In this document: positions 10,810 to 23,799 of the stretch, in pieces
How positions within the stretch are numbered: position 1 is the first letter of the stretch
Layout: each line of letters begins with the position of its first letter
Assembly: GCA_000320545.1 (NCBI GenBank)
Contig: ADNK01003197.1
Location: 1-58,567, forward strand
Direction of reading: 5' to 3'
DNA from: Bigelowiella natans CCMP2755
Lineage: Eukaryota; Protista; Cercozoa
DNA: 58,567 bases
The notes under the pieces: model-generated
What the model was told of the DNA's origin: nothing
The model's database searches: none
The model's input: the letters and a program-made list of their open reading frames with translations, nothing else
Translations under genes and position numbers: made by a program

Positions 10810-12934
10810 ATGTTTTTGATATCGTCTCTCATCATAACATGTATCGTACCGCACGCATCATATCATCACCCCCTCCCCTTCAATTCTGGTTGATATTACG
10901 GTTTTCGAGCAGATTATATCGGACGATGATGGAGAGGATGGGTATTCCAGGGACCAGCACGAGGGGGGGGAACAGCTGCGCCAACACCCGTGTTACAAAC
11001 CTGCGTTGTTATCATCATCACCATCATCATTTTCTAGTCGATGGAGTGAGGTGCGTCTACTGTCAGCTAGTGTAGTCAGAACAATCAGAGCAGCAGGTGT
11101 ACAGCGTTTGCTGGTTTTGCTTACCACTGGCTCGGCATGCTTAGTTTCGTCAACAAGTCCTGCAGAAAGAAGGATGGTGATCAATCAGCCCTTACTTACA
11201 TCGCTGTTGGATCGCGCTGCAATGCGATTCAGGCTCGATGCTCGGTGGAGGGGGGGGAGGAGGAGGAGGAGGAGGAGGAAATAGAAGAGAAAGAGCTAGA
11301 AGGAGGACAGAAAAGAATATAGAGAAGGGGTAAAGAGATAATAGCGAGGTGCGATCTAACGTCCGTACCGCCCCATTGGGGAACTGATAGGCCATTGCCC
11401 CGACGCAGCCCATCAGTGCAAACATGAGCGTGCCTGTGTGCGTGGGTTAATAGAAGTCAGAAAGAACAGAACAACGCGCCGAAATCGAACGGCCACGCCG
11501 CGGATGAACGAGTGTTATTCACTACTCCCGGTACTAGGATGAATCAAGCACCTGTCGATATCGTTGACGAGAGAGTTTCATGGATGCGGACCTGTTGTGG
11601 CCGTTACGAGGACAAAACCACACGTCATCATCATAATCACCATCATCATCTTATTCTTCCTCCTCCTCCTCCTCCTCCTCCTCCTCCTCCTCCTCATCAT
11701 CATCCAAAGAGCTGGAAGATGCATTTCCATTATATTCTATGAAACTATAGAGCTATTTTCTTCATATCGCTATCTTTTGAGGTATTACATCCTTTCGCTT
11801 CTCGTTAACCTGTGGTCGTAATAATAGTCGTAATAGTAGGAGGAGGAGGAGGAGGAGGACAAACTCCGTTAAAATAAGCTTTCCATTTTTCAAAAATACT
11901 AGCAGCAGTGGTGGGGTGAGATTAAAAAATCTTTCACCACTCGAAGGTTGTTCAATTGCTTCTGCTCATCCATCACCATCACCATCACCACCATCATCAT
12001 TATCATCTTTGAGATGCAGCGCTTATGCGACGGTAGCGCGATCATCTTCTGACGTACCCAAGACGGCACGGTCACAACGAAGGCGAAATTGAACAGGATA
12101 GACCCGAGCGTCGCCCCGGCGCCATGGTTCAGGCTCTGCATCATCATCAACAAAATAACGTCATATGGTTCTTGGGAGTAGGAGAAGATGGGCAAAAATT
12201 GTTTGCTTCACGACGGGGGCAAGCAGCGGCTTGGGCAGGGCTCTCACTACTACTTACCGACACTGGAAGATACTCTGGATGGAGACCATTGTTGAAGAAT
12301 TGGACGCAGAATTCGCCCAGCAGCACACACCTGCGCCGATTTTACATATTTAAAAAAAAAGAAATCGTATCATTGTAAGAGTGTGCCCCCTTCGTCTATG
12401 GTGTGTGTAGACTGAAAAGGCGGCGCTAATGTATGGTGATATCAGTGCGAGTGGCGAGCGAAAGTTGAAGAATCGAGTGTATTTGTGTGTGTGTGTATTT
12501 GTGTGTGTGTGTGTGCGTGCTTGCTGTTACATCCACTAATATTTCTGAATCTCATCCTCTTTTTCTTTTTCCTCCCCCTCCTCCCCCCCTCCCCCCCCCC
12601 GTCCTCTCCTCCGCGACACGTACAAGGCGATAAATGAAAATATCTGGATGATCATGTTTTCTTCTAAGTTCCAGAAGCCTATTGGAATCTGAGGAGATGA
12701 TGGGGGGTGGGGGTGAGAGTAAGTCTAGAGGGCTAGATTGAATTTATATTATTCACAATTTCGGCTAAATCAATAAGCATAGTGCATGTTCAAAGACAAT
12801 GCAGTGGTCTTAATGCAGTTTATTCTAACAGGGAACGCTAATCCCCCATTTTGTCATGCTCAGGTCTCATTTTTCTACCCTCCTTAAGCCCTTAACGTTC
12901 TTAATGTTTCCAATGTCCTCGCAGTTAATATCGT

Positions 12935-12971
<37 letters not shown>

Positions 12972-14384
12972 TGAATTACCGAGATAATAGCCAGCGCAAC
13001 GAAGCCCACCGATACATATTCGATATTTTCTCCAAAGACGCTGTCTATATCAATGGAACTCTCCGTAACACACACGACTCCGAAGTCAGGGCTGAGCTCC
13101 AGGGCGCAAACCTGAGAAGAAGTAATGAGGTAAACGTCAAAGAACAAGAGAATGAAGAAAGTCTTGTTTGAAAAGGAGCGGGGAAAGGGCGATCCCACGC
13201 TTACACATCACGCATATGGCAGTTTTGCTGTCCAGCGGTGTGATGAGGCTTTTTATTGTTTGGTATGGCTGGTGTGTGTGGTGTATCATTTCATTTGTAT
13301 ATTTCATGTTAGCCCCTACTTGGCCAAAAACCATCAATATAGTCTGGTCCAAGGTTTGGGCGGATTCCAGAATGGCAGAAACGTTGCTGCAACGGTATGG
13401 CAAGCGATTAGATTAGGAGGAGGAGGAGGAGGAGGAGGAGGAGGAGGAGGCGGCGGCGGCGGAGGCAGAAGAGACGACCAACACTCACAAATATTTTAAC
13501 TACTATTGGTGCAGGAACCTCATTGCACGTATTCCGCAAAATCATGTAAACAACCTTGTTGTGATGTTGAAGAGGAAAAGGATGAAGACAATGTAATAAC
13601 CCCATCGTGGAAACAAAGCACGGGCCATCTCCATAAACTCCACCCTGATGGATTAACCATATCAGGATTAGCTGCTCTCCTAACGCCAACATTCTGTTCG
13701 CAGAAAGCTAAAACTTTCCAAACGACAAGTCTACTCTCTCACAACCTGCCCTCGAAGTGCTCGTTTCCGTGAAAGCGGGTCATTGTCTGGAGCGCGAAGA
13801 AATAATCGACGACGAAGAGGAAGACAACAGTAAAACAGTTACGTCAACCAACATTCTTGATGGAGCGAAAATAAAGTTAAACTGGCGTTCACCTCCACCA
13901 AGAATCCAGCGCTTAGAAGAGAACCAACAGCTGCGCCCTGAGAGGAAGGAATGCTAAATAATTGAAACTGCCACGATATTATATATCTTCAGTGCGTGCT
14001 GCGTATTTTGTGAAAGTTTGTGTGCGACAGGCTTCCCGTACAAATAGTAAAGATGTCGCTGGAAGCCATCCTCCGTGTTGATAAGCCACGCACATCGCAA
14101 CCTAAAGGACAGAATGAATTAATTGGAGCAAAGGCAGGCTGTATGATAATGAAGGTTCTACCAATCCAGGCCCGGTGATGTTGTTGAGGAGCAATGCATA
14201 GGACGATAATGGGGAAATTGTCTTCTTACCAAAGCTGTTTTTTCCAAAAATCACAGTTTAGTGAAAATTTTGTGAGGTTCTACTTCTCTGTTAGATTAAC
14301 TGATTACTTGGAAGCGATGTTGGGGTCAAGATGACCATTGAGCAGGTAGGCTGCTGATTCTTGCTTATACTGCGATTCTACCAT
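8734..14384 (-). CDS. Amino-acid transporter (Aa_trans/AAAP family), roughly 18 or more exons
   Basis: Spliced peptides MVESQYKQE..., FGKKTISPLSSYALLLNNITGPGL, YQHGGWLP, VEFMEMARALF, AILESAQTLDQ, PIGFWNLEENMIIQ, LGSILFNFAFVVTVPSW, PGIPILSIIVRYNLLEN, NIILNW-SGLL...NFLIP. Many TM segments. Confidence 0.85.
10731..10807. repeat. Compound (CA)n(GA)n microsatellite, intronic
   Basis: Directly visible. Confidence 0.95.
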
Positions 14385-15039
14385 GACTAATATAGATGCG
14401 TGCTGCGATCAATGGGTTATTCCGCGCACGCAAGTACGGAACCCAGCAGGAAACCCTGCCTTGAACTCGTTCGCAAAAGAAAAATTAGGGGGGGGTGGGT
14501 CAGGCAAGAAGTGAGATCTCTGCTGCGATTATTTCCGGTTATAAAACCTGTCCTTTTCTCCCGAAATAGATTTATTTTCATGTCGCAAGTACTGAATCGA
14601 CGTCGTTACCTCTCCAGCGAACGAACACAGAAGAGATGCAACAACGTAGTGGCTGCCTACCAAGAGAAAATCCCCGCATAAAGTCCAAGATTTTCTGCCT
14701 TGCGACAACCTAAAGAACGGTTTCCAACGAGAGAAAGGACGGACTAAATTTCAGTCGTCCTTTGTTCCTTGGTGTTGATGGAGCTGTTTTCTTCCTGCGA
14801 CAAAGCATTCGAAGATGGCAGATCCATGCCATTTTTGTTGCCTCGATTTCCCATGTTAATACGAGTACTCTCGTACGAGTATGAGATGAGAAATTACGAT
14901 CAACGTTGCTGACGGAGGGTAAATACTACCGTTTTATGTTCAACGACGTACTAAAAATTATCACCTTACAACATAATCGCTGGTATTTTGCCCAAAGATC
15001 ATCATTTTTCCTGTCTGAACGGGTATCAAACAAACAAGC

Positions 15040-15958
15040 ATGTTGTCGGTACTCTCACTGTTGCTAGCCATGTCCTCCGCATCTCCCCTGCCCTGGCCCA
15101 AGCGCCCAGTGGTCGTCGAGTATTATTTCGGATCACAATGAGGTGCGTGTACGGAATTTGGAAAAAATGACTTTGCTAAGCTCTTCCAAGGTAATTTAAT
15201 AGCATACGCTGGTATCCGAAATTGGTTTTGAAAAGATGATTTGTGAATTCACAGCCTTCAAGTCCGATCCTGGCGTAAAATGGTCCCTCATGCCCGCTGT
15301 TCGCGACCCTAATCAGCCGTGCATTGACGAATCAAACTGTGACTGGGAGATGGCAACTCTCTGTGCTTTCAATCAAACCCAGAGCGAAGGACAGGTCGAT
15401 CAGAATTAAGTTTTCCAGCTTCTCAAGAATTTTTGCGTGCGCTGATCTCAATATTCAACAATTAAGGCGAGTTTCCTAATTTGCATGGACGAGGAATCCT
15501 CAAGTACGAAGGATGCACTAGCAGCTTCTCAAAATTGTTGTTCTGACAGCAGCATAGACTATAGTGCCCTGAAACAGTGTTTTGCTGGAGAATCTGGTCA
15601 AGAACTGCTTGACGAGGCCAGTAAAATTTTCAACAAGAAATTACCAGGGTATAATGTCGCTTATGATGCCATGGGACGTTGAGTCAGCTTTACGTGACGT
15701 TCCATATTTTATCAAAATAGGCACGCCACGGTTCCGCACACATTTGTGAATGGACTCGACACCATTCCTCTTTATGATGAACTTAAGTCCAGGATCTGCG
15801 AGGCGGGGTCAAAGGTGTAGCAGCTCTCTTAGAACTATGCATGCATAATGTTATATGATAGAATCTATTCGAGATGCCTGAGTCTGTGTTCTTTATAGGC
15901 GTCTATATGTAACAATTTCAACAGCACTCTCCTCCCTACACCTTTTTGTGAGGTCTAA
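15040..15958 (+). CDS. GILT-like (gamma-interferon-inducible lysosomal thiol reductase-like) selenoprotein, 5 exons, Sec at codon 34
   Basis: Exons 15040-15190, 15255-15394, 15467-15648, 15721-15814 and 15899-15958 are all GT-AG and in phase. Signal peptide MLSVLSLLLAMSSA, then VVVEYYFGSQ-U(TGA 15139-15141)-GACTEF (UxxC). Later FLICMDE, LKQCFAGESGQELL, VPHTFVNG and ICEA resemble GILT. SECIS downstream. Confidence 0.85.
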
Positions 15959-16049
15959 ACATGTGCACCAAGTTGCCAATTTTCGGGCATATGCAATGAT
16001 AATGAGACCAGCAGAATGTTAGATCAATGGGTCATAATTGGGACATATT

Positions 16050-16128
16050 AATCATTGGCACAATGATTGATGCGAAATTGAAACCAGTCTGCTGGGCGTA
16101 GGCATCATGACACATCTTGGCAATGATT
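16050..16128 (+). promoter_or_regulatory. SECIS element (type II-like) in the 3' UTR
   Basis: Helix I AATCATTG (16050-57) pairs with CAATGATT (16121-28). Core ATGAT (16063-67) faces TGAC (16108-11). Helix II TGATGC (16068-73) pairs with GCATCA (16102-07). Unpaired AAA (16081-83) is followed by mini-stem CCAG-tctg-CTGG. Confidence 0.85.
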
Positions 16129-16399
16129 CTTTGTCTCATGTTTCCAATTGATCATCAGCATCAAATACTGATTCGGCCATCTTTGTAATTTCTATCGTGC
16201 AAGCACTTTGATAACAGTACTCATTAAGTCATTGGCAAAATGACACGCATTGCGCATGTATGTGCGTGTCTAGGTGTGTGCACGCTGCATAAATGAACAT
16301 CGTGGGTGGAACACAATGAAGATCACAGATTGAAAATATATCCGATGTACATCACGCATACAATCTAGCAATCATGCAAAGACGTCCAGGGCGTACGCA

Positions 16400-17490
16400 C
16401 GTGCGGAAGTGATCATTCTTGTCATTATTGCAATCTCTATATCCACGATCATCATCCTCTGATGAGCCTTCTCATCTAGTTCTGTGTGCGAGAATTCGGA
16501 CAAAGATGGAAAATTTTCTACTATTACGCACCTGCATGGTACATGCTTGTAAATTGTCAAGTGTTGCCGGCTTTTATGGTTTTGGGGATCAATTTCACTT
16601 TCAATTCAGTGCAATGTGCAACCCAACGATGGCCGGACGGACACTCTGCGAACGTTGGGAGCCACTTTTTCAGCAAAAGGACATTGATCCAATTTAAGAG
16701 CCAAAAAAGTCAAATTGGATGAATTTGTGCTTGCATGTGCTTGGTGATCATTGCATTTGTGCTTGTAATTGTTTGATGATCATTGTCCGCTCAGGGGGCA
16801 CGGTCTTCTAGTCTTGCTACCTTGTTGTGTTGTCCAGTCCACTGAAGCAGCTGTTGTGTGTGGCGACAAAGATTACCAAGCCGCAGCATCGTCGAAACTG
16901 TTGATACGAGTCTTCAGTCTCTCAGCTGTGGAACACTAAAAGTACTGCTGCGAGCATCACCAGCGTTTTTTGTGGAGATTGCAAGCCTTACTTCTTGATG
17001 TGGATGGGGTGAGCAAACCTTCTGGAATCGTATTTTGGGCCGAACCTTCTCTGTACAATCCAGCCGAATCTTGGGCAATTCATGCCGTTTTGCCCCAATT
17101 CGATCTAACCTTAGTTGTCGCCAGGAAAAAATAGAAACCACTAATTTGGAGGAGAAATCTCTTGGGCGACAACTCCCTACAAGCCCAATATCCAGCATGT
17201 GATCTCACTGAAAATTCTACAGCTAAAACATCATAGGATTTGTCCTTCAAATAGGTGCGACATGTTGTCGCAGAAGTTAAAACCAAGGTGACTTGAGAAT
17301 CAGTAACACTTCGCGGAGCTATTTTGATCTGAAATGATCACAGATCTGCACAACAGCTGGATACATCGAAAACAAGGGATTATTGCGGGGAGCTTGGCTG
17401 CACAATGGCACCGAACCCGGTCCTCTATTACGCTCTCCTTTTGTCCCCGATCACCCCTGGCCCCCTCCCAAATGATTTGCGTTCGCTGTT
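16400..17490 (-). CDS. Hypothetical multi-exon gene, possibly PX-domain-like
   Basis: Possible spliced peptides DVLAVEFS-IELGQNGMNCPRFGWIVQRR and MLRLGNLCRHTQQLLQW resemble the PX W-x-V-x-RR strand and final helix. Exon structure is ambiguous. Confidence 0.3.
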
Positions 17491-17571
17491 TCAAGCGATT
17501 AAAAATGTGCAGCGGCCCGCCATGAATTATGGAAATGGGAATTTTGTGGAAGGCTCTTCATGTGATGTTCA

Positions 17572-18461
17572 TTGATTTTGCAGGTGGTGGAGCGCAGAAA
17601 TGGAGCAGGTTCTATTTTGGTGTTTATCGTTCTGCTCTTGCTCCTGGGTCGCGCTATATGGCCAAGTATCCCTCTGGTAGCACAGAGAGGGGGCATGCTA
17701 GCATCCGCCGTTCCGCCCGATAACGCAGGCAAGCAACAAGCCTCGACCAACGCTAATGAAGGAAACGGAGGCGGCAGCTCCCCACTAATGCGTGGGTTAT
17801 ACTCACAGCTGAAAGCGATGTGGGACAAGTGTGTGCCTAGTTGCAGGAGTCGTTGGTTACCAACGCATGCAAGGTATAGCCGCATTAACACCGGTGATGA
17901 CAATGAGGGCTGGCGAAGCCTAAAGGGGGGGATGGGTGATAAGAACGATCGTGATGGCGGTGAAAGTAGTAGCCGTCTTCTCGACAATGCTGCTAGCAGC
18001 AGCAGCGGCAGCGGCGGCAGGCTTGTCAAATGCCGAAATGATGGTGAATTGGACTACGTGCAACTTCAAACTCACACAAGGCAGAGGGAGGTAGGTGGAT
18101 GTTAGCATTAATTCGGTTGATTATTCTCATATTTAGTTGAGTAGAGGGATGGCTGGGGGGGAAGGGGGGGGGGGGGTTAACTACTGCCGCCTCAAAAATT
18201 GTCAGCAGATAGCATGCTCAAATATGTACTTAGTTCATCATTACTCTTAGGTTCTGGTATTCTCTCTTTTCCTCGGGCTTACGACGATCTCATCTGCAAA
18301 CCTTCGCAGAGCTTTGACACCTCTTTTGAATGCAATTCGTCGTCGAATGTAAGAAGATCCTGTTCAGAAGAGAGTGTCATTGTGCTGATCTCATCCTATC
18401 ACCAGCTTACGAGATTTCATTATCAGAAAATCTGGAGCATCGAAGACCTACATGCAAGCGG

Positions 18462-18502
<41 letters not shown>

Positions 18503-21500
18503 TCCCTCTCTCTCTCCCCCTCCCGCGCCCTCTCTCTCTGTTTGTATGTGCTTGTGTGTGTTTGTGAGGGGGGGAGAAAGAAAAAAAGAGTATGAATTAG
18601 TGTAAATAGATTTGCTCAGTGGTGTTTCTCCCAAAGGCTCTACGGAAAAAAGAAGGGTCAAAGCGTGATGACGATCATGATGACTTTTGTCTTTTTTTCA
18701 GATACAATATTTGGCCTCTTCCCCACAAATTCAAGCTGCCAAAGTAGCTCTAGGACTTCATCTAGGAATCTCCGTTCTCTACCTATTCACCACGGTGTGG
18801 AAGGAATAACATGCCATCAAAAACTACTTTAACACATTGAAACTAGCACACAACGACAGGACCGCCAAACGGGTGCCCGTGTGTAGCATGCCGATCCTGA
18901 ATATTATGCTGTTTCTCCTTACCATCCAGACAATCTTGCCACGGTGGTCCTTATGGTGGAAAGTAAGTCCGTGCAGCTGCTTAGGCGCCACACAACATCA
19001 TCATCACAGAAGTGCGGCCTCGTGAAATAAACAGCATTTTTTTGACTAACACTTCCGCCACCCAGGCCGCATTGTTCACCAAGCCAACAAACGACCTGAA
19101 AAAGGCGCATGCCGTGTGGGCAAACTCAAAGCAGGGGTATCCATCCAATCTACACTCCTTTGAGAAGAAGCATGACAGTGATGTATAGGAAAGGTGTGAG
19201 GTTGTAGCTTCAGCGTGCTGTGATAGAATGATTTATGCGTTTCAATGGTCGCCTTGCCGGTTCTCGCTCTCACGCCCGTTTGTCACAGAGAGGCTCAGCT
19301 GTGCATGCTTTCTAAATTCACTCCAATCTTCCAGGGTGAGTGGCCATTGGGGGTTGTCGTAGGGATAGCATCAGAAAATAGAGCTGTTCAAGGGCGAGCT
19401 TTCTTTTTATTTTTTATTTGTACGAAGCATGACGTGATGAGATTTTGCCATTACAATTTGAGGCCGCCGTTTTCACGCGACTTTCCTCCCATATTAGACG
19501 TTAGTTGCCGCCAAATTCATATTCGCTAGCGCCTCTCACACTGTGCACGTATTGACACAGGCGAATGGGACGTCTATGAGCGGGCCGGAGGTCGGATAGA
19601 AGAGCATCGATGGCCACATTTTCATGACCAACGATTGCTTGATAATAACAGATCTGCTGCGCGCCTTTACATGCTACTATTTGCTCTGCCATTGTATTTA
19701 CAGTGCATCCATGTGAGTGTGTGAGTGTGTGTATTTATGTGTTTGTGCGCCTACTGGGCGAATATGGAAATTCTTGTGCGTAGGAGCTGACGTGATGAAG
19801 ATGCTGCTGGCTGATACACATGAGAATGAACAAGGTAGTAGGAGGAGGAGGAGGAGGAGGGGGAGGAGGAGGAGTAGATGTCGCAGATACAAAGAATGGG
19901 GGTAGCTGCGTTGTACGCATATGCACCAGCAGCTAGCAGCTGTGAAAATCATCTGATGTGCTCTTTCTCTTATTTCCCTTTCGCACGCGCGACTTCTAAT
20001 CAGCCATCTTTCTACCACCCGCCCCGCAGCTCTCCGGAACAACGCCCTCGCAACATTTGGGAAAAACCTCCGCAAGATGATTCTGAGCGATCGTGCGCCG
20101 CACAGAAATACATCAGCTCCGCTCTTCCAGGGCGACGATAAAACCAATATGACAACTCAAGGAGGAGGGGAAGGAAACCTTGCACAAAAACAAACAGGAG
20201 AGCCATCCGGGGATAACGACGACGGCGCTGATTCTCATCGACAAGATAGCCCTTTGCTAATTGGTGCTGCTGCTGCTGCTGCTAGTGCCCCAGCGAGGAA
20301 GATACGCGACTTTAAAGACTTTACATTCTCACATCGAAAGTTCAGACTAGTGCAGGAGGTCGAGTCACCATCATCGGCAGCATCTTCATCATCTTCATCA
20401 TCAGCAGCAGCAGAAGGAGAGCCTTCACCCTTATCTTCGTCCTCCTCCTCCTCCTCCTCCTCATCGTCGCCATTGATTCAGCGGAAGAGAGAGAAGGAGG
20501 TGCTGCGAACACGCCTCTACCCAGTCGTGCCGAAGATCGGCTCTCTGCCCATTCGAAGCCTGCGCAGTTACCGAGGCCTGAATCGCCTCTCTGTGTCACG
20601 GCTGCAATTCGAGTTTGGGTTAAATATGGTCCAGCGCAAGCCAAGCAAGCACATTGTTTACATGTACCTCGAGAAGATCCTCACCCCCCTGGTGGTATGG
20701 CAGCTCTTTCGCACCTTCTTAACCTACACGGAAGGCTATAAGAAGAGGGCCTTGAACGGCCTGGCCAGCCTCCTCGGCTTCCAGGTCCTGGAGACGTTGG
20801 CGGAGAAGCTCAAGGAGCGCTCGGCTGCAGGGAACGAGGACGACCTGCTCGGGAAGCTGGCGGCCTCGATGGGCGGTGTGCTGCCAGGCGATGAGAGCTC
20901 GAAAGAGCACTACATTGACAAGGAGGACCGGCTGTACGTGTACCGCAACGACGTATGGGCGATTCTGCCCGCGGCGAAGCTCCTCCCCGGCGACATCATA
21001 TCGATCAAGAGCAGCGGCACGGTCGCCAGCAGGTCGCGCGTGGTCCCGGCCGATGTGTGCATTGTGCGGGGCGGCGTGGTGCTCGACGAGTCCCTCATCA
21101 CCGGAGAATGGCTACCAAGCGTCAAAAAACGGCTAAGCCTTTACAGCAAACAGGCCAAAAAGACCCCGAAGGGCGATGCGCCTCGCAGCAGCGACAGCGG
21201 GGAGGCGGATCTGCTTCTTGACTGCGATAACAAACACAGAGGGAGCTACGCATCTGCTGGGACGACCGCTCTGAGCCATTGGCAGGGCGCCGAGAATGAA
21301 GGCCCCCCGGTTACAGCAACACCGGACGGAGGTGCTCTCGCCTTTGTACTGCGCACGGCACGAGACTCCACGCAAGGGCGGTTGGTTCGCATGATTGAGA
21401 CGAGGATCAGCAAGCCCCAAGACCAGCTAGCCAAAGACTCCGTGGCGCTGTTCTTCTCCCTCGCCGTCATGTCGATTTTCATGAGCGTCGGCCACCTACG

Positions 21501-23784
21501 ATCGTCGATCACTTCCGGGGCTTCAAGGACGAAGGTGGCCATGCAGGCCTTGCGAGTTTTCTCGCATGTTCTCCCGGAGGATTTGAGCGGAATCTCGGCA
21601 CAATCGGCGCTTATGTCCGTGGAGAATCTGCGGCAGAACGGAATCAGCACGGGGCAGGTCAACCGCATCCAAAGCGCCAGCCAGGTAGGCACTGTCCTCT
21701 TCGACAAAACAGGGACGCTGACCCAAGCTAGCCTGGAGTTCTATGGCTGTGTGGATTACAAAGAGCCGCTGCTGCAAACCTGGGACGCTGCTGCTGCCGC
21801 CGTTGAGACGGAGCAGCAGCACAGGGAGGAGCCAGATCTGGTACCGGGAAACATGCTAGAACCCGGCGTTTCGAAGTCGCGGATGGTCCTTGCAACCTGC
21901 CACCAGATCGTCCGCACGGAGAGCACAAACGAGCTCGTGGGAGACCCTTTGGAGCTCTCGGCTCTGTCGGGATTGGGTTGGAGCGTCAACGCGGCTGGCC
22001 TGTCCGTGAAGAAGGAGAATCCCGGGGAGGAGTGGTCGCGGACGCATCATGTCTTCAAATTCGAGGCGGAGAGGGCGATGAGCTCCGCCATTGTGGAGTA
22101 TGGCGCGTCCGTGGGACTCCCCGAGTGGTACGTGGTTGCGAAGGGGAGCCCGGAGGCCTTGAAGAAGATCATGGTGAATACACCGTCGTGGTACGATAGC
22201 AAATACGCGGAGCTCTCCCGCATGGGCTACCGCGTGTTAGCTTTAGCACGCAAGCGAATACCGAAGGACGAGGGCAAAGACCTTGCCAACAGGCTCGCGG
22301 AGGCTGAAGAGCGGGGAGAGGATGGCGGCGGCAGCACCCACAGTATCCGGGAGTCGCTAGACAAGAGTGGCCTCCGATTTGTGGGATTTGCCTGCTTCCA
22401 GGAGCCGCTGCATCGTTCCACGCGCAGCTCGATCGATAGGCTACGAGAGGCAGACATGCGCATGCACCTCATCACAGGCGATGGGTCCTTCAACGCGATC
22501 AAGATAGCGAGGGACTCCGGGCTCATACCGAGAGCTTACAACGTGGGCATTCTTGACTACGACCCAGACTCGAAGTCGGCTACGCTCAGGGACTTCGATA
22601 GCGACAAGCTGCTCAGCCCGAGCGTCAACTTAACAGACCCGATCTCATCCTCGATGGTGGCAATGGCGGCAACATCGACACGACCGACGGGTGGTTCGGA
22701 GGGGGGGGGCACGCTCTGCGTAACAGGGAGGGCGCTTGACGTGATCCATGACGCGCAGAATGAGAACCAGACTCGAGCGTTTTGGGAGCGGATTTCCGAG
22801 GACCGGGGGGCTGTCAGTGTGTTTGCCCGCATGAAGCCGATCCAGAAGCAAAGCGTCGTGCGCATGCTGAAGAAGGCGGGAGCGGCTGTGATGATGGTGG
22901 GCGATGGGGCGAACGATGCTGGGGCTCTCCGTGCTGCAGACGCAGGACTCGCTCTGCTGCCAAGCTCGTCATCTCCTAGCATGATAGAAGGAGGCCGGCC
23001 GCCCCCTGTTGCGGAGGCCAGCCAGGCAGCCTCCTTCGTCACACGCATAAGTGGCATTGGGGCGGTGCCTTTGCTAATCTCGGAGGCGCGTCGCTCCCGA
23101 GCTTACTTGGTGCAATCCCTCATCATAGAGGCGCTGTTCAGCGCGCTCGAGGGCTTCGACTTCGCGGCGATGTACACGCAGGACACGAAGCTAGACGAGA
23201 ACCAGGACTCGATACTCCAGTTCTTCTTCTGGCTGATGATGAAGGGCATGGGAGGCAAGAGCCGATTGCAGTCGCTCTTCAATGCGAGAAGAGCCATGGA
23301 CGATGATGGGATTCCGAACGCAAAACCGCCTTATTCCCTCTTCCAGCCGTCGTTGAGCGTATCTATGCTACTTCAGTTTGTACTGCACACTGCCGTCACC
23401 CGCCTGGCAATGATGACCGCGAGGGCTAGCTCAGGCGAAGACTACGACATCAAACAGGTAGTAGCCAGCACGATGCTGCTGCTCTTAGCGGTGCAAACTG
23501 GTTCCGTAGCGATCGCAAATTATGCGGGGAAGCCTTTCCTTCCGGCGATCTCCGAGAATAAGCCACTTCTCTTCGGATTCAGTGCTGTTGTCGGCCTTAC
23601 TCTCTTGGGAGCCCTCGGTTGGCCCGCGGTCGTAACCCGTCGTCTCCACCTTTCGCCGTTACCTCGCCGGTATAGGATGCTGCTCGCAGTGTTGCTCGCG
23701 TTGGACGCTAGCGGTGGCTTGCTGGCAACGAGGTTTGCGGAATGGTTTTACGATGCTGATCGCGCACTAGCGAGATTAGCGTGA
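17572..23784 (+). CDS. P5-type (P5A/Spf1/ATP13A1-like) P-type ATPase with several small 5' exons and one ~3.65 kb terminal exon
   Basis: Terminal exon from ~20131 has LLPGDII, VPAD, DESLITGE, FDKTGTLT (~21700), VGDPLE, AKGSPE, ITGD, FARMKP-QK and MVGDGANDAGAL. Upstream exons (~18700-19335: ILPRWSLWWK-AALFTKPTNDLKKAHAVWANSKQG) resemble the P5A N-terminal region. 5' start uncertain. Confidence 0.9.
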
Positions 23785-23799
23785 AAAAAAAATGTCGAA

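Noticed and set aside
15136-15148. Splice donor TGAG|GTGCGT removing the in-frame stop of the GILT-like gene
   Set aside because: The TGA lies upstream of that GT, so it would stay in the exon. Reading through gives UxxC and the correct phase at the 15190 donor.
16914-16916. Second possible Sec TGA in the minus-strand PX-like gene
   Set aside because: It can be placed inside an intron (acceptor CTGAAG immediately follows). There is no redox-motif context and I saw no SECIS.
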